DNA of 64,000 nucleotides, taken from NCBI GenBank assembly GCA_047495785.1, contig JBLDXI010000040.1:124001-188000 (forward strand), written 5' to 3'. Positions 61,768 through 64,000 of this stretch are shown piece by piece. How positions within the stretch are numbered: position 1 is the first letter of the stretch; every line of letters starts with the position of its first letter. Position numbers and translations under genes: made by a program. The notes under the pieces are model-generated. The model made no database searches and was not told where the DNA came from. It saw only the letters and a program-made list of their open reading frames with translations. Origin of the DNA: Lepidodermella squamata (Eukaryota; Animalia; Gastrotricha).

Positions 61768-63208
61768 ATGGTAATCAGCGGGCTGGTCATCATTTGCTTG
61801 ATTGGTATGGGCGGTCATCATGTGTTGGCCGGCAACAATGGTGGCGATTTCGCGTCCATATCGTCGCTTCACCAGTTCATCGACGGCGGCACTAACAGCC
61901 TGAAGGGTAGGCGCTCGTTGATATTCCGCGACCCTTTACCTGCTCACGCAATGATGCTCAATAGAAATTCGCCTGGTATATACCATTTATTCACTGTAAA
62001 TTATCTGGAAATTTTGATTTTTTTTTCCTTTATTTTAATTTATTTTTCCAATTTTTGTTTACATTTTTACGAAATTTTTAAAAAATTCAGTGCAGATTAT
62101 TCATTCAGTGTGGGTTGAATCCTTTGCCAGGTGAATTTTAGATTAACAAACTGACACAAATTTGTGGGGGTATTAATTATTCAACTCCACCCCCGACTTA
62201 GTGCGTGACCTATTCGGAAAGCAAAATCAATGGAAAATTCCGATCGAAGAGATCGTATGAATTGAAATTTGCACCACCTTGAGGTTCCAGTGCAGAAATA
62301 AATTTCTATGATTTGGACTTGAAATTTTCTTAATTGATACTGATTGCCCCATGACCCTGGGAATTTCAATTTTCGCTACCTGGAATCATCAGCTAGGTAG
62401 AAAAATATTCAGTATTACCCTCCAAGTTTGCTGATATCGGAAAAATCACTGATTTACAAAATCGATAACTGAAATCGATATCAGCTCTCCAAGCTGAAAT
62501 ATAACTCTTAAATTGACTACTAATATCGAAAAATGTGTGTAATAGTGGGATTTATTGGTAGGTCATGAATTGAAAATTTGAAAAAAATATTAAGGAGGAA
62601 TATTGAGAAGCCATACTTTAGCTTTAAATTTAGTATTGAAAATTTAATGAATTTTGAATTAATATGGCAGATCCTATCGAAAATTATAGGAAAAATGAAG
62701 CGACAGAGTGAAGTTGGAACCTCAACTTTAGTTCTGTAAATTTATTAAGGTTTCAAAAATTTCAATTATTTATTGAAATTTCAAAAATTTCAATTTTTTA
62801 GTTAATATTTCGAAATTTTTAATTTTCTGTATTTTTGCAATTTTACCTCGATTTTAAGTTGTCGCATTTTTTCTTCTGACAGGTGCTGAAAATTCAGTCG
62901 AGGACACTAATGAGGACGACGCTGTGCCGGCCACGCGTTCGCCTCGAACCTTGGATTCGTCGCCTCATCACCGCGAACCGCGGTGCGTTTCGCCTAAATT
63001 ATACCTGCAAATAGTAGTCGCCAAAGCGCGGAAAGAATTTATGACCGAGTGTTTGGCTCAATTTAAATCGCCGCACATTTGCCACCGAACGACAACGTTT
63101 TACCTGTGGACTCGCAATGAGACGATCAATTTGTGGAAGCGCATCCTAAAACGCGTCATCGAAACTTATCCGAAGCAAATCGGCATAAAAATGTGCACTA
63201 GAAGATGA
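61768..63208 (+). CDS. Secreted C-x9-C family protein S5
   Basis: Exons 61768-61975 and 62883-63208. Signal peptide, KGRR site and ECLAQFKSPHICHRTTTFYLW. Confidence 0.75.
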
Positions 63209-63546
63209 ATCAGTTATATCAATTTAGAAAATATATAAAATTTGTAAAAAAATAATTGAATATATTTGTTTTTTTTGCTTGGACAACAATTCTGAATAAA
63301 TCTTGGATAAAACTTTTTTATTGCGTATAATTATGTCATATTTAAATATTATATATAGGTCACGAGCACCGTTCAAGAAAAAAAATATATATAATTTTAT
63401 CGGGATGATTTTTTTACGTTAATCAAAGAAGCGCCATATTCAGACCGAATTCACGAATATTGATATTGATTGATGCACAAATAATATAATTCGCATAAAT
63501 GAAGAGAAGGTTTGAATCGACTGTTGAATCGAAATGGTAAGGACAA

Positions 63547-63658
63547 TTAGGACGTTTTCTCTTGGTAATACTTGACCAGGACTTGCCACGCCTCCGGAAC
63601 CATAAAACCATCTGGCGGCTCGGTGTTGGATCGCGCAAGGGCTCGCATCTTTGTCCCA
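63547..63658 (-). CDS. PAPSS: Last coding exon of PAPS synthase (ATP sulfurylase C-terminus)
   Basis: After a TTTTCAG acceptor it reads [36 protein letters not shown], matching the animal PAPSS terminus SGTxMRxLAR...PPDGFM.PxAW.VL..YY. This frame is not in the ORF track. Confidence 0.85.
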
Positions 63659-64000
63659 CTGAAAATTAAAATTTTATGAAAAATTGTTTGAAAAATTAAA
63701 AAAAAATGTAAAAAATTTCCTAATTAAATTCGCCAAGCTACTGTAATGGCAAGAAGCGATTGTCCCAAAAATAAAAAGCTGCCGAAAGGGTATCGCGGGA
63801 AATCTGATGCTGAAAGCTGAAAAATTCCGATTTTACCGATTTTTACCGAATTTCCCTTTTTTTATTCCCTTCAATTTTTTGCGTTTACCTCAATCTCCAC
63901 GCGCGATGTGGACGTCTTTCAAGGCACATTACGTCAAAAATTGGCCTCCAGGCCGCTGGCCTGTTCGAGTACACATATTTGAAATAACGCTATCCTCAAA

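Noticed and set aside
63423-63659. 78-aa ORF in the track
   Set aside because: Wrong frame. The overlapping frame is the PAPSS terminal exon.

Overview
This is AT-rich animal (invertebrate-type) genomic DNA with short 50-65 nt GT-AG introns, so most real genes are spliced and the ORF track fragments them. There are three zones. (1) 1-24.2 kb plus 46.8-47.8 kb: three paralogous copies of a unit made of a (pseudo)kinase-ankyrin gene and a convergent single-pass PPxY membrane-adaptor gene, heavily invaded by MITEs, Helitron-like elements and LINE ends. (2) 24205-46801: a single 22.6 kb cut-and-paste DNA transposon. It has ~250 bp TIRs (terminal 46 bp perfect), a 4 bp ATGT target-site duplication, empty paralogous sites inside this window, and an apparently intact 10-exon Sola1-type DDD transposase (~709 aa). 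It carries about 9 cargo genes, mostly membrane proteins: a NEMP-like nuclear-envelope protein, a polytopic protein, a small Cys/Thr-rich single-pass family, a mucin-like protein, a TM-coiled-coil-CXC protein and a Zn-finger/PHD protein. A young non-autonomous LTR element and MITEs are nested inside it. This giant cargo-carrying Sola element is the standout candidate novel system. (3) 47.8-64 kb: a cluster of five related small secreted Cys-bridged proteins I do not recognise, a type I membrane protein, and the last exon of PAPS synthase. Exon models were read by eye and family calls come from remembered motifs, not database searches.
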